A stretch of 64,000 nucleotides of DNA from Verrucomicrobiales bacterium (GCA_031411295.1 JANOAV010000035.1:32001-96000), one strand, 5' to 3'; shown: positions 20,142-31,650, numbered from the stretch's first letter. Numbers and translations: made by a program. Notes: generated from the sequence alone by a model not told the origin.

Positions 20142-20434
20142 AATACCTGCTTTGCGTTCCTCGTTTTGGTGAGCGGCGCGGTTGTTTTCTCCAGAAACTG
20201 ATCTGCCTCCAGATCATCCAGCAAGGAGTTCAACCGGGAAGCATCCACGCCTGTCCGCAGGTGCATTGGCCGAGCCTTAACCTCAAATGGGGGCAGTGTA
20301 TCAACTCCCGCGCGTTGACCATAAGCCGCCCGCACCGCTGCGTTCAGAGTGGCCTTAAAAGATTTTCGCGTTTGGCGCGCATGATGGTCCAGCAGGCGTG
20401 CTACATCCGGGTCTAGGGTAACAGTCGTTCTCAT
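20138..20434 (-). CDS. vapB: VapB-type RHH antitoxin
   Basis: MRTTVTLDPDV N-terminus; 4-bp overlap with the toxin. Confidence 0.88.
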   Translation of the reverse strand: MRTTVTLDPDVARLLDHHARQTRKSFKATLNAAVRAAYGQRAGVDTLPPFEVKARPMHLRTGVDASRLNSLLDDLEADQFLEKTTAPLTKTRNAKQVL

Positions 20435-20436
20435 GA

Positions 20437-20469
20437 TGACAGCATGATGCTATAATTTGATGCTGTCAA
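20437..20469 (-). promoter_or_regulatory. vapBC promoter with overlapping inverted-repeat operator
   Basis: tgacagcat-N14-atgctgtca. The minus strand reads TTGACA-N17-CATGCT a few bases before the ATG (near-leaderless). Confidence 0.7.
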
Positions 20470-21201
20470 GATGCCGGTGCTTCCAAAAAAGGCGAATTCT
20501 GAGCCTTGTTTTGCATCTGACCACCTGCCGTGCCATTCCCTTATTCGGAATAAGCCCGAGAATGCCTGCTGCTTCGTCGCCAGAGCCAGCTGTTCCACCG
20601 GGCTCATGGACATGATACAGATCCCATCTTCCCACGCTGCAAAGACTTTTTGGGCCTTCTTACGCTAGCAAATCTTGTAGGACTTGGACTCGGAGTGGGA
20701 TGCGCGGTTCTGGTAGGACCAAAACAAACGAAGTAATCTCCGGGACTTGCATCGTGGAAAAGCTAGGTAACGGAAACTAGCGCTTGCCCGATGAATGAGT
20801 TTCCCTCCACCCTGCATTTCCTCCAAACCCAACTGGAACCTTCTGGTGATGGGACGCCGCAGGTTTTTGTGCGGCCGTTGCGCTATCCGGAACTGAGTTC
20901 TCTTGGGAAAACCCCGAATGTCTCGCGCCGACGCCAGATGAATTTGGCGGCGGAAATGTTGGCGAAGGAACTTCATACTGGCTTTCAGGCTTCTACGATG
21001 CCCCCCATTTGGAACGCTCCTTGGAATAAGCTGCCAACGGAGACTTCTGCTCCAAGCGTTTCAACCGCCGTAAACAAGAGAGTATCCGAAGCACGCGAAT
21101 CACTTCGAACGAGCAGTCCACGAGTCGCCAGTAGAATGGAATGCCGCTCAAAGGGCATTGTCAGATTGCAACTGGGATGCCGCGCACGAGTGGTTCATGC
21201 C

Positions 21202-22650
21202 TTACACCAGGATCCCCTGCTGCACCGTGCCGTGGACATCCGTGAGGCGGAATTGGCGGCCTTGATAGCGGTAGGTGAGCGCTTCATGATTGATCCCGCA
21301 GAGGTGCATGATGGTGGCTTGCATGTCGTGGACGTGGACGGGATCTTTCACGATGTTCCAGGCGAAATCGTCGGTTTCGCCAAAGGTGTGGCCACCTTTC
21401 ACGCCGCCACCGGCCAGCCACCAACTGTAGGCGCGGCCGAAATGATCGCGTCCAGCGGGCTTGGCGGAATCGCCTTGGCCAAAGGGCGTGCGACCGAATT
21501 CTCCGCCCCAGAAAACGAGCGTATCATCCAGCAGTCCGCGTTCTTTCAAATCCATGACTAACGCTGCGGAAGGGGCATCGGTGTCTTTGCACTGTTCTTC
21601 CAACTGGGTGAATAAATTTCCATGCTGATCCCAACCGGCATGCATGCACTGGACGAAGCGGGTGCCGCGTTCCAATAATCGACGTGCGATGAGGCAGTTG
21701 TTGGCAAAGGTGCCTTTGGTTAGAACATCCGGACCGTAGCGTTCCAGCACGTGCTTCGGTTCCTTGGAGAAATCCAGCAAATCCGGGACGCTGGCCTGCA
21801 TGCGATAGGCCATTTCGTATTGGGCAATGCGCGTGTCGATTTCCGGGTCGCCATAGTCCTGTAAATGCGCCTGATTCATGGCCTGGAGGTCGTCCAGCAA
21901 GACACGACGCTGGTCCCGACTCATGCCGGGCGGGTTGTGCAGGTAAGGCACGGGATCCCCGACGTTGCGGAAGCGCACGCCTTGGAATCGACTGGGGAGG
22001 AAGCCACTACCCCAGTAGTAGTCGTAAAATAACTGACCGCACGTTTTGCCTTTATCCGATGAGGTCATCGCCACGAAGGCCGGCAGTTCACTTGACTCGC
22101 AGCCTAAGCCATAGTTTAACCAAGCGCCCATGCTGGGGCGACCCGGCACTTGGGAACCGGTCATGAAAAATGTCACTCCGGGCGCGTGATTTACGGCCTC
22201 GGTGTTCATGGATTTCACCACGCAAATATCATCAGCAATGGAACCGATGTGCGGCAGCATGGAGCTAAGCTCCAGCCCGCTGGCCCCATAGCGATTGAAT
22301 GGTTTGATGGCGGGGGTGATCGGCCATTTTTTATAGCCGGAGGACATGGTGGAAAGCCGGGTGGTGCCGCGCACGCTTTCCGGAATATCCTGCCCAGCCA
22401 TTTTCTCTAACATGGGCTTCCGATCGAATAAATCCACATGCGAAGGCCCGCCGCCTTGCCAGAGGCAAACGACGCGTTTCGCCTTGGGGGCAAAATGCGA
22501 TAGACTGGTGGCGCCCGCAGCGGTGGCCGCGGCAGCATTCCCCTTCCCCATCAGCGAGGCCAGCGCCATGGCCCCAATGCCATTGCTGGCATGACCGAAG
22601 AGTTGGCGACGGGTGACACGTTGGTGATTGAGGAGGAGGTCAGAGTTCAT
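21202..22650 (-). CDS. DUF1501 family (PVC sulfatase-like) Tat protein
   Basis: TRRQLF signal, AKAKRV-type start, GGPSHVDLFD, WDQH, GEFGRTP, GRDH, GRQFRLTDV. Start at ATG 22650. Confidence 0.92.
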   Translation of the reverse strand: MNSDLLLNHQRVTRRQLFGHASNGIGAMALASLMGKGNAAAATAAGATSLSHFAPKAKRVVCLWQGGGPSHVDLFDRKPMLEKMAGQDIPESVRGTTRLSTMSSGYKKWPITPAIKPFNRYGASGLELSSMLPHIGSIADDICVVKSMNTEAVNHAPGVTFFMTGSQVPGRPSMGAWLNYGLGCESSELPAFVAMTSSDKGKTCGQLFYDYYWGSGFLPSRFQGVRFRNVGDPVPYLHNPPGMSRDQRRVLLDDLQAMNQAHLQDYGDPEIDTRIAQYEMAYRMQASVPDLLDFSKEPKHVLERYGPDVLTKGTFANNCLIARRLLERGTRFVQCMHAGWDQHGNLFTQLEEQCKDTDAPSAALVMDLKERGLLDDTLVFWGGEFGRTPFGQGDSAKPAGRDHFGRAYSWWLAGGGVKGGHTFGETDDFAWNIVKDPVHVHDMQATIMHLCGINHEALTYRYQGRQFRLTDVHGTVQQGILV

Positions 22651-22775
22651 AGGAGTTCCGCAAGACGGCAGGCTCTCGCTGCCTTCTATCAACCGCGCAA
22701 GCCATCCCCTTTTCAAACCAAACTTCTTCCGCATTCACCTGCCACCGTGGATTTTCATTTTAGCTTAATTTAAAA

Positions 22776-22804
22776 TTGACATCCTGACCCGAATTTTCAA
22801 GAAT
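22776..22804 (+). promoter_or_regulatory. Putative sigma70 promoter
   Basis: TTGACA-N17-AAGAAT with an AT-rich UP-like tract, 70 bp upstream of 22875. Confidence 0.55.
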
Positions 22805-22874
22805 CCGTTTTTAGGCCGCTTTTTGAATTGCTAGTCCGATGGCGGCGGACCAAATCTAACCCTCAACGAACCTC

Positions 22875-25800
22875 ATGAGAATCAGCACAGTTACGAAGGT
22901 ATATCACCGCTGGAAAAAGTCTGTCCTCACATGGGCGGTTGGGGTGGCCCTCAGCTTCAGTGGAGGAACGGAAACCGGTCAGGCGGCCTTAATCACGCCC
23001 ACGGCAGTGACAGCACAAAGTTTTTACGCCCCCGATGGTCGCTCGCCCGTGCGCGCCATCGACGGCAGCGGCATGACCCCCAGCGCTCCGGTCGTGGAGA
23101 CTTCCACCTGCGGCAACGGCCCCGGCAACAATATGTGGCTGAGCAATGCAACCCCCTCCACATGGATCACGTTTGACTTGGGCAGCAGCAAGACCGTCAG
23201 CGGCTTTCACCTTTGGAACTACAATGAAAATTCGGGTAACCCGGCCACTTTTACCAGACGTGGCGTGAAAACGGCGGGCATTTACGCAGGAACGAGCCTG
23301 CTGGCCAGTGGGGCTGCCTACTCCGCTGGCGGGCTTGCTTGGGGCACGCTGGTGCAGAATATGACCTTCACCCAAGCGACCGGGCTGACCACATACGCTG
23401 GTGAAGACTACACCTTCACGGCCCCGGTGACCACCCGTTATCTCCAAATCTATGTAACTGCAAACTTTGGCGCTCCAGGTGATGCCTACACGGGGATTTC
23501 CGAAATCAGATTTATCGAGGCTCCCGCCACGGCGGCCACCTTCCTGGCCTTTGGGACCAACGTCGCTGGCAGCACTGCGAACATTAGCCCAGTCGTCGCC
23601 AACGCCGGGACGATCGCTTGGACCGTGCCCTATGGAACCGCGCTGGCTCCGCTCGCTCCGACCTTCACGATATTTTCTGCTGCGGCCACCTGTAATCGCA
23701 CCAGCGGAGCGGTTCCTAGTCCAAACTTTGGGGCCGGCCCGGTGACTTACACCGTGACCGACGGGGCGACCGTGAACACCTACACCGTGACTGCCACGGC
23801 AGCTCCTGCGAGCACGGCTCGGGACATCACGGCCTTCAATGCCAACTCCGCTGGAACCAATGCCATCATCACCAGCACGGGGGCCAACACCGGCACCATT
23901 GAAGTGGTGGTCCCATTCGGCACACCGACGGTCCTCGTGGGTGCCATTGCGCCTACCTTCACCCTTTCCGCCGGGGCCACTTGCAGCCAGTTGAACAACG
24001 CGCGCCCGACCCCGAATCTAAGCATTGGCGGAACGGTGCACTACATCGTAACGGCCCAGGACGGAGTTTCCACCAAGGACTACAGCGTGACCGTGCGGCA
24101 GAGTGCGTGGCGCTACAGTCCGTGGACGAATGATGCGGACTCTGGCATCACCGGCGCGCAGGCTGACTACACCGTAGCGGTGAACACTGGCACGGCCGGA
24201 GATGCTGCAGTCACTGTGAATGGGATTAACTTCGAGACCAATGCAGTCTCTGGCACCAACTACGTCATAGGTGGTGCGATTGCCTCCACAGGCCGCGGCA
24301 CCAATGTCACTGGTGCCAGCGCCACACTGGCTAACAATTTCATCTTCAATGCCTCGCCCCGCACCGTGACGCTCACGAATCTCACGCCAGGTGAGACCTA
24401 TGAGACCAGCGTTTTCGCTTACGGATGGGATGCCTCAGGCCGCGTCCAGACGTTCTCGTCCGGTGGAGACAATTACATCGCAGACCAGGATGCCTTCGGT
24501 TTTAACAACGGGATCCGGATTACCTACACCTTCGTCGCCACCGCCACCTCGCAGGTCTTGACCATCACTGCGATGCCGGGCGGTCAGGGCACCTTTCACA
24601 TGTCTGCGTTGGCCAACCGCCGGGTTATCGTGTCAGGTGACACGGACAACGATGGCCTGGCTGACACATGGGAAATGGAGAAGGCGGGAAATCTAACCGA
24701 CCTCACGGCAACGGGAGATTTCGACAATGACGGCCTCTCCGATGCCGATGAATACGTGCTCCGCAGCCTTTACCCCACCCTCAATCCTAAGCTGGCGGAC
24801 ACCGATGGCGATGGGCTCAGCGACCGTGCGGAACTCCTTCCCACCGCCCCGCGCGCGGCCACGAATCCCACCGCCCCTGATAGCGATGGCGACGGACTGA
24901 ATGACTTCGTGGAAAACAATTCCGGAACTTTTGACAGCCCGGGGAATCCCGGCACGAACCCGAACTCCAACGACAGCGATGGTGATCAATATCCTGACGT
25001 TTATGAAATCGCCCAGGGTGGCAATCCGGTGAACAACACCTCGTATCCCTCCATTCTGCCAGCGGGAATCGCGCTGGGGGTGGTGACGGATGAAGCCAGC
25101 ACGGGTCTCAAGCTCAGTGATTTGGCAACTTACACCCACAAAATTTCCGGCGGTGGGGCGGCCACGGTCAACGAAGTCGTGCTGGATATCCTGGACACCA
25201 CGACCACCCCGCCGAACTTCACCTGGAATCCCAATGCGGGCGGCAAGAATCACATCCCGCCGATCAACAACGGCGGATGGGTTCCCGCCACTGGCAATGT
25301 GACGGGACCGGGGAATTTAAACATGTTCGGCGGCTTCACCTATTCAGGCGGCGGTGGTGCTCCTAGCAGCAGTCAGCAGTATATCCTCTCCGCTCTCGAA
25401 GTGGGGCGGACTTATGAGATGCGCGTGTTTATCCGGAAATGGGACGATGGCACCGTGCGCCCCCATGTCCTGAAATTTACCAATGGGGCCCAGGTAACGA
25501 ACTTCCAGGTGCTGGAAGACCGCCCCGGCATTGTGATGGGCAATGGCAACAATGAATCCGCCTACTACATCAGCTACACCTATGTGGCCCAGACCACGAC
25601 CCTAAGCATGGAAGCGACGGTCTCTAACGTTTCCTCCGGGAACGGGAGTTTCCACCTCTATGGTCTGACGAACCGCGTCACCAGTCCGCCGCCAGCACTG
25701 GTATTCAACAGTGTGGTGCGGGCCGCCAACGTTCTCCCTGCCACCGGCTTCCGGACCACGCTCGATATTAGGACGCGCCCTGGGCGGACCTACGCAGTCT

Positions 25801-25937
25801 ATTTCTCCACGGACTTGGTGACATGGAACGAACTCACCGACTCACTGCCAGCGACGGGCACGTCCACGATCTATGTGGATGAGGCGGTCTCAGACCTTCA
25901 ACGCGTATTCTATCGGGTGGATGATGTCACACCCTGA
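22875..25937 (+). CDS. Large secreted beta-sandwich protein (discoidin-like, Ig-like repeats, DxDxDG Ca-binding repeats)
   Basis: Signal peptide; WITFDLG...ISEIRF; two PTFT...ATC repeats; DTDNDGL/DFDNDGL/DTDGDGL/DSDGDGL; C-terminal STDLVTW...FYRV. Confidence 0.85.
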   Translation: MRISTVTKVYHRWKKSVLTWAVGVALSFSGGTETGQAALITPTAVTAQSFYAPDGRSPVRAIDGSGMTPSAPVVETSTCGNGPGNNMWLSNATPSTWITFDLGSSKTVSGFHLWNYNENSGNPATFTRRGVKTAGIYAGTSLLASGAAYSAGGLAWGTLVQNMTFTQATGLTTYAGEDYTFTAPVTTRYLQIYVTANFGAPGDAYTGISEIRFIEAPATAATFLAFGTNVAGSTANISPVVANAGTIAWTVPYGTALAPLAPTFTIFSAAATCNRTSGAVPSPNFGAGPVTYTVTDGATVNTYTVTATAAPASTARDITAFNANSAGTNAIITSTGANTGTIEVVVPFGTPTVLVGAIAPTFTLSAGATCSQLNNARPTPNLSIGGTVHYIVTAQDGVSTKDYSVTVRQSAWRYSPWTNDADSGITGAQADYTVAVNTGTAGDAAVTVNGINFETNAVSGTNYVIGGAIASTGRGTNVTGASATLANNFIFNASPRTVTLTNLTPGETYETSVFAYGWDASGRVQTFSSGGDNYIADQDAFGFNNGIRITYTFVATATSQVLTITAMPGGQGTFHMSALANRRVIVSGDTDNDGLADTWEMEKAGNLTDLTATGDFDNDGLSDADEYVLRSLYPTLNPKLADTDGDGLSDRAELLPTAPRAATNPTAPDSDGDGLNDFVENNSGTFDSPGNPGTNPNSNDSDGDQYPDVYEIAQGGNPVNNTSYPSILPAGIALGVVTDEASTGLKLSDLATYTHKISGGGAATVNEVVLDILDTTTTPPNFTWNPNAGGKNHIPPINNGGWVPATGNVTGPGNLNMFGGFTYSGGGGAPSSSQQYILSALEVGRTYEMRVFIRKWDDGTVRPHVLKFTNGAQVTNFQVLEDRPGIVMGNGNNESAYYISYTYVAQTTTLSMEATVSNVSSGNGSFHLYGLTNRVTSPPPALVFNSVVRAANVLPATGFRTTLDIRTRPGRTYAVYFSTDLVTWNELTDSLPATGTSTIYVDEAVSDLQRVFYRVDDVTP

Positions 25938-26082
25938 AAACTTGTTTTGCGCCTAACATCAGAAGAAGTAACACGGGATGGCCCTGGGGTCTGAGCGTGT
26001 TGCTCCGCTTAAAAGCGCTTAAAACCGGGACTCCAACGTATGCTCCTGCCCCCTCTTTCTCCTCTATTTCCCCTCTCCTCTC

Positions 26083-29000
26083 ATGATCCGCCGCCTTATT
26101 CCTCTTTTAGCCGCAGTCGGCCTCGTGCAGCATGCCTCAGCCTCGGCAGATTCCGTGGTGGTTTTCAATGAACTGCAATACCATCCTGCGGGCCTCACGG
26201 AAGCGGGTGAGTATGTGGAACTGTTCAATCAACAAGGCATCAAGGTGGACGTTTCCGGCTGGAGGATCGACGGCATTGGCTACACGTTTCCTGCTAATAC
26301 CATTATCAATCCAGGGGCTTACCTCGTGGTGGCCAAGACCCCAGCGGTCGGGCAGTTAGGACCATTCACGGGCAATCTTGCCAACGACGGTCAGAAGCTG
26401 CGACTGATCAATCAGAGCGACCGCATGATGGATGAGATCAGCTACGGGGATGATGATCCGTGGCCCGCTGGGGCCGATGGCTCGGGGTTCACCCTCGCCA
26501 AGAAATTGCCCTACACCGACAGCGGGCGACATGCCAACTGGACCATCAGCCGGCAGCAAAATGGCACCCCGGGCACGCTCAATTTCCCAGACACGGGACC
26601 GCCCCCGGTGAGCACGATAAATTTATTCAACCTCAACAACCCGTGGCGCTACAATCAGAAAGGCCCCGGTTATGATGCCACCTGGCCCACCGTAGCCCAC
26701 GCCGTGGGCGGAACCGGCGTAAATACGTGGGCTTCCGGCCCGGGCGCGCTGGCTTATGAAACCAGCGCCACCGTTCCCATCGGAACGACCCTGACATTTC
26801 CCAACTTGAATTCGCCTTATGTCATCACCTACTATTTTGAAACGGAGTTCAATCTCACGTCGCAGCAACTAGCCAGCATTTCCACGCTCAAACTCAAGCA
26901 TGCCTTGGATGATGGCGCGGTCATTTATCTCAATGGCGTGGAGGCCACGCGCGTGAATATGCCCGCAGGCACCATCACTGCGACCACGCTGGCTTCTACT
27001 AACGTGGAGGCGGGAACAGCGCTTTCGGCTTACGTTCCCCTACCCAGTAATGCGCTGGTGGCGGGAAGCAATCGACTGTCCGTCGAAGTCCATCAGTTTG
27101 CCTCGGGAAATAGTGACATTGTGTGGGGCGCGCAGTTGGATCTGGACGTCTTCGATCCGGTGCCTGGATCGGCTCCGCCGTTGCGTCTGAGCGAAATGCC
27201 CAAGTCTAACGAAGCCGCTTGGTGGGTGGAAATCGTCAACACCGGAGGCGGCAGCGTTGACCTCACGGGGGCCATCCTCAGCATCGATGGGGATTCCGCT
27301 CGCGAGTATGCGCTTCCGGCGGGGACGTTGGCGGGAGGTGGATTCCTCCTGCTGAATCAAGCCACGTTAGGGTTCCGTCCGCTCGATGGGGAGAAAATAT
27401 TCCTCTACACCGCAGGCAAGATCGCCCTGATGGATGCCCGCCAACAAACGGGGCGGCTCCGGGGACGGGCCGACTCCCGTGGTGGCGAATGGGCTTACCC
27501 CTCGGCGGCAACTCCCGGAACTGCGAACACGTTTGTTTTCAACGACAGCATCGTTATCAGTGAACTGCAATACAATCCGCCCGCCATCGCTCCCGTGCCC
27601 GCCATTCCAGCGACCTTTCAGAATGATCCACTCATCGCCTATGCCGACGCTTGGCGCTACAATGCGGCGGACGAAAACCTTCCCACGAACTGGGCGACCG
27701 TTATGCACGCCGTCGGTGGCAACTGGAAGTCTGGCAATGCCCCCATCGGCGTGGAATCAGCCGTGCTACCCGTCCCGCTCGTGACCGTGTTGGCACCCTA
27801 TGTCCCGGCCACCGTGACGTATTATTTCGAACGAGACTTTACGGTAACCGCCTTACAATTGGCCAATGCCACCTCGCTGGAAATTACGCATCAGATCGAT
27901 GACGGGGCGATTTTCTATCTCAACGGCGTGGAGCTTCCTTCGCGCTTCAACATGCCCGCAGGTGCCGTGAATCCCGAAACTCTAGCCACTCCCAGTGTGG
28001 GGGATGCCGCGCTGAACACCCTGGTGATTCCCACCGCCGGGCTGCTGCTGGGCGCGAACCGTCTGTCCGTGGAGGTGCACCAAAGCGGCACTGGCAGCAG
28101 CGACATTGTCTTCGGCATGAAAATGGACGCCCGCGTGCAACTCACGCCAGGCACGCCGGCGCAACCGTTGACCAATTCCAATAACCAATGGCTGGAACTT
28201 ACGAATCGCAGTGCCGCTCCAGTCAACCTAACCGGCTGGGATTTCGAGGACGGCATCGCGTTTGCCTTTGCGGCCAATACCAGCCTGGCCCCGGGCGAAC
28301 GCGCCTGCATCGTGCGGGATGCCGCTCTGTTTTCGGCGGCGTTTCCAACCGCACGCGTGCTGGGAACCTTTACTGGATCGATGTCCCGCAGTGGCGAGGA
28401 AATCGTGCTGCGAGACGCCTTGCGCAATAGCGTGGACGTAGTGCGGTATTTTGATAGTGGAGCCTGGCCGGAGTATGGCGATGGCGGTGGCTCCAGCATT
28501 GAGTTGCGCGATCTCGACGCGGATAACAACGTTGGTGGAGCCTGGGCCGCAAGTGACGAAAGTAGCCGCACCGCCTGGAGAACCTATACCTACAGCGGCA
28601 CGGCAGTCGCCAGCAATGGACCGGACGGTCAGTGGTTGGAATTCAACATGGGCATGCTGGGAGCCGGGGAAGTCTGGATTGATGATCTCAGCGTCATCGA
28701 GAATCCCGCCGGAGCCGCCACCCAGAAGATCACCGACCCCAGTTTCAACAATGCCGCAGCGTGGCGTCTACGGGGGAATCATCGCGCCAGTCAGGTCATC
28801 CCGGAACCTGGAAATGCGGGCAACAACATCCTTCGCCTCGTCGCCAGCGGTCCCACCGAGCACATGCACAATCAGATCGAAACCACGCTCGTGAGTGCCA
28901 TTACCAACGGCCTGCCATATACCATCAGCTTCCGCGCCCGTTGGGTCACCGGCAGTAATCAACTCCACACGCGATGCTATTTCAACCGCCTCGCCAAAGT

Positions 29001-31629
29001 AAACGTGATTGACCGCCCCGCCAATCCCGGCACGCCCGGAGTGGTGAATTCCCGCAATCTCACGAACGCCGGCCCCACCCTCACGAACCTGAATCACTCC
29101 CCAGCCGTGCCCGCCGTCAATGCCATCGCCACCGTCTCCTGCACCGCCACGGACCCCGATGGCGTGGGAGCCATGACGCTGTTTTACTCCGTAAATGGAG
29201 CGGCCTTTGCCAACACTAGCATGACCCCCAGCGGTGGTGGGAAATACTCCGGCAGCATCCCCGGCCAGGCCGCTGGAGCGGTCGTCCAATTCTATATTAG
29301 GGGCACCGACAGCCTCGGCGTAAACGAATTCTATCCCGCTCTGGGGCCGAATTCCCGGGCTCTCTATAAAGTTCAAGATGGGGTGGCCGCCACCAATGGC
29401 TGGCATAATTTCCGCGTCATCACCACCAACGCCGATCGGGACTGGATGCACACGAGCATCAACGTCATGAGCAATGACCGCATCGAATGCACCGTGATCG
29501 ATCGCGAAGGGGACATTTACTACAATGCCGGCCTGCGCTTGAAGAGTAGCGAGCGAGGTCGGGATAATACGAGCCGCGTGGGCTACAACATCGACTTCCC
29601 CTCCGACGGCCTCTACCGGGGCGTGCACGGGGGCGTGGCGGTGGACCGCTCGGAAGGGCAGGCTCCGGGCCAGTTGGAACTGCTCTTTGACATGATGATC
29701 TCGAATAGCGGCGGCCCGATCAGTCGTTACTACGATTTCGTCAAAGTCCTCTCTCCTAACAGCCTCCTGACCGGCGGGGCCACGCTGCAGATGGCGATCT
29801 ACAACGATATCTTCCTGGATGAGCAATTTGAAAACGGCTCGGACGGCACGCTCTACGAATACGAGTTTATTTATTTTCCCACCACCACCGACAACGGCAG
29901 TCCCACCGGAAACAAACTGCCCCAGCCTGATGGCATTAACGGCGTGGGCATCACCAATCTGGGCGATGATCCCGAACGCTATCGGATGCATTTTCTCAAT
30001 AAGATCAATCGGGAGGCGGACAATTTTGCGCCCATCATGAACTATTGTAAACTCTTCAGCACCTCCGGGACAGAGTTTGAAACCCTACTCCCGCAACGCA
30101 TGGACCTCGATATCTGGTTCCGTGGCATGGCCTACGCAGTGCTCAGCGGAGCGGGTGATAACCACGCGGCAGGCGACGGCCATAACGGCATTTTTTACGC
30201 CCGGCCCGATGGCCGCGTCATTTTCCTGCCGCATGACATGGACTTTTCTTTCGACGCCACCCGCAGCATTACCGCCAATGCTCAGTGCGCCACGCTGACC
30301 GCCAATCCTGCGCGACGTCGGCAGTATTTCGGCCACCTCCAGGACATCATCACCACGACTTATAACAACAGCTACATGTCCCTCTGGACCAATCATTTCG
30401 CTACGCTGGACCCCTCGCAGCCCTGGGCCAACCACCTCAGTTACATGACGACGCGGAGCAACAATGTGCTCGCCCAGATCTCCGCCGCCATTCCCAGTGT
30501 CGCCTTCGCCATCACCACCCCAAGCCCACTCGTGGTTGCCTCCAGCAGCGCGATCATCACTGGCAACGGTTGGGTGGACGTGCGGGAAATCCGCGTCCTC
30601 GGCAGCACCGAAGCGCTCGCGGTCACTTGGACCGGCACCAGCACTTGGCAAGTCACGGTGCCAGCCCCGCCGGGCGCAAACGTCGTCACCCTGCAGGCGG
30701 TAAATTTCTCCGGCACCGTCATTGGCACCGCTACGATCACGGTCAACAACACCACCACCGTGCAGCCCGGCAGCGCCACGAATCTGGTCGTCTCCGAACT
30801 CATGTATCACCCAGGCGACCCCACCGCTGGGGAGATTACCGCAGGCTTTGTTGATTCCGATCAGTTTGAATGGATCGAGCTGCAAAACATCAGCGCTTCC
30901 GTGGTTGACCTGACTGGCGTGAGTTTCACTGGCGGCATCTTTTATGACTTTGCCCAGGGTCTCATGCTCCAGCCCGGAGCACGCATCGTCGTCGCCCGGG
31001 AACGCGCAGCCTTCCTCTCTCGTCATCCCGGAGCCTCCGGCAGCCTTGCCACGGGGTCCTTCCTCAACGCTAGTGCGCTCAACAACGGAGGCGAAAATTT
31101 GCTGCTCGTCGGAGCCGCGGGAGCCATCATCAAGGACTTTACTTACGATGACAACGCACCCTGGCCCACCGCCGCCGATGGCGTGGGCTACAGCCTCGTC
31201 CTAATTGCCCCGCAAACCAACCCCGATCATAACCTCGCAGCCAACTGGCGCCTCGGATCGCTTCCGGGCGGAAATCCCGGCACCACCGACGCCACCACCT
31301 TCACGGGCAATCCCAATGCGGATGCCGACCAGGACGGGCTAACCGCCCGCATCGAATACGCCCTCGGCACCAGCGATACCGTTTCCAATAGCAGCGGAGT
31401 GACTGCCAGTTTCGATCAGGATAATTTCCTAACCCTAACTTACACCCGCAAACTCGCAGCCGAAGACTTCATCACCGAGCCCCAATCCTCCAAGGATCTC
31501 ACCAACTGGACCTCCGACTTCACCATCACCGAAGCCCCACTCGGCAACGGCACCGTGCTCGTCACGGCCCGTTCCAACACCCCTGCCACCACCCGCAACT
31601 ACGGCCGGGTCACGGTGCGGGCACGGTAG
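26083..31629 (+). CDS. Secreted lamin-tail-domain / CotH-kinase-like multidomain protein
   Basis: VFNELQYHP, ISELQYNP and VSELMYHP LTD starts; duplicated DDGAxxYLNGVE module; LPHDMDFSF CotH-like motif. Confidence 0.87.
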   Translation: MIRRLIPLLAAVGLVQHASASADSVVVFNELQYHPAGLTEAGEYVELFNQQGIKVDVSGWRIDGIGYTFPANTIINPGAYLVVAKTPAVGQLGPFTGNLANDGQKLRLINQSDRMMDEISYGDDDPWPAGADGSGFTLAKKLPYTDSGRHANWTISRQQNGTPGTLNFPDTGPPPVSTINLFNLNNPWRYNQKGPGYDATWPTVAHAVGGTGVNTWASGPGALAYETSATVPIGTTLTFPNLNSPYVITYYFETEFNLTSQQLASISTLKLKHALDDGAVIYLNGVEATRVNMPAGTITATTLASTNVEAGTALSAYVPLPSNALVAGSNRLSVEVHQFASGNSDIVWGAQLDLDVFDPVPGSAPPLRLSEMPKSNEAAWWVEIVNTGGGSVDLTGAILSIDGDSAREYALPAGTLAGGGFLLLNQATLGFRPLDGEKIFLYTAGKIALMDARQQTGRLRGRADSRGGEWAYPSAATPGTANTFVFNDSIVISELQYNPPAIAPVPAIPATFQNDPLIAYADAWRYNAADENLPTNWATVMHAVGGNWKSGNAPIGVESAVLPVPLVTVLAPYVPATVTYYFERDFTVTALQLANATSLEITHQIDDGAIFYLNGVELPSRFNMPAGAVNPETLATPSVGDAALNTLVIPTAGLLLGANRLSVEVHQSGTGSSDIVFGMKMDARVQLTPGTPAQPLTNSNNQWLELTNRSAAPVNLTGWDFEDGIAFAFAANTSLAPGERACIVRDAALFSAAFPTARVLGTFTGSMSRSGEEIVLRDALRNSVDVVRYFDSGAWPEYGDGGGSSIELRDLDADNNVGGAWAASDESSRTAWRTYTYSGTAVASNGPDGQWLEFNMGMLGAGEVWIDDLSVIENPAGAATQKITDPSFNNAAAWRLRGNHRASQVIPEPGNAGNNILRLVASGPTEHMHNQIETTLVSAITNGLPYTISFRARWVTGSNQLHTRCYFNRLAKVNVIDRPANPGTPGVVNSRNLTNAGPTLTNLNHSPAVPAVNAIATVSCTATDPDGVGAMTLFYSVNGAAFANTSMTPSGGGKYSGSIPGQAAGAVVQFYIRGTDSLGVNEFYPALGPNSRALYKVQDGVAATNGWHNFRVITTNADRDWMHTSINVMSNDRIECTVIDREGDIYYNAGLRLKSSERGRDNTSRVGYNIDFPSDGLYRGVHGGVAVDRSEGQAPGQLELLFDMMISNSGGPISRYYDFVKVLSPNSLLTGGATLQMAIYNDIFLDEQFENGSDGTLYEYEFIYFPTTTDNGSPTGNKLPQPDGINGVGITNLGDDPERYRMHFLNKINREADNFAPIMNYCKLFSTSGTEFETLLPQRMDLDIWFRGMAYAVLSGAGDNHAAGDGHNGIFYARPDGRVIFLPHDMDFSFDATRSITANAQCATLTANPARRRQYFGHLQDIITTTYNNSYMSLWTNHFATLDPSQPWANHLSYMTTRSNNVLAQISAAIPSVAFAITTPSPLVVASSSAIITGNGWVDVREIRVLGSTEALAVTWTGTSTWQVTVPAPPGANVVTLQAVNFSGTVIGTATITVNNTTTVQPGSATNLVVSELMYHPGDPTAGEITAGFVDSDQFEWIELQNISASVVDLTGVSFTGGIFYDFAQGLMLQPGARIVVARERAAFLSRHPGASGSLATGSFLNASALNNGGENLLLVGAAGAIIKDFTYDDNAPWPTAADGVGYSLVLIAPQTNPDHNLAANWRLGSLPGGNPGTTDATTFTGNPNADADQDGLTARIEYALGTSDTVSNSSGVTASFDQDNFLTLTYTRKLAAEDFITEPQSSKDLTNWTSDFTITEAPLGNGTVLVTARSNTPATTRNYGRVTVRAR

Positions 31630-31650
31630 ATGTCCCCTAAGCGATCGGAC

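Noticed and set aside
20471..21200. ORFs 20665-20976 (-) and 20791-21561 (+)
   Set aside because: No recognisable motifs; the longer one runs antisense into DUF1501. Possibly decayed sequence, not callable.
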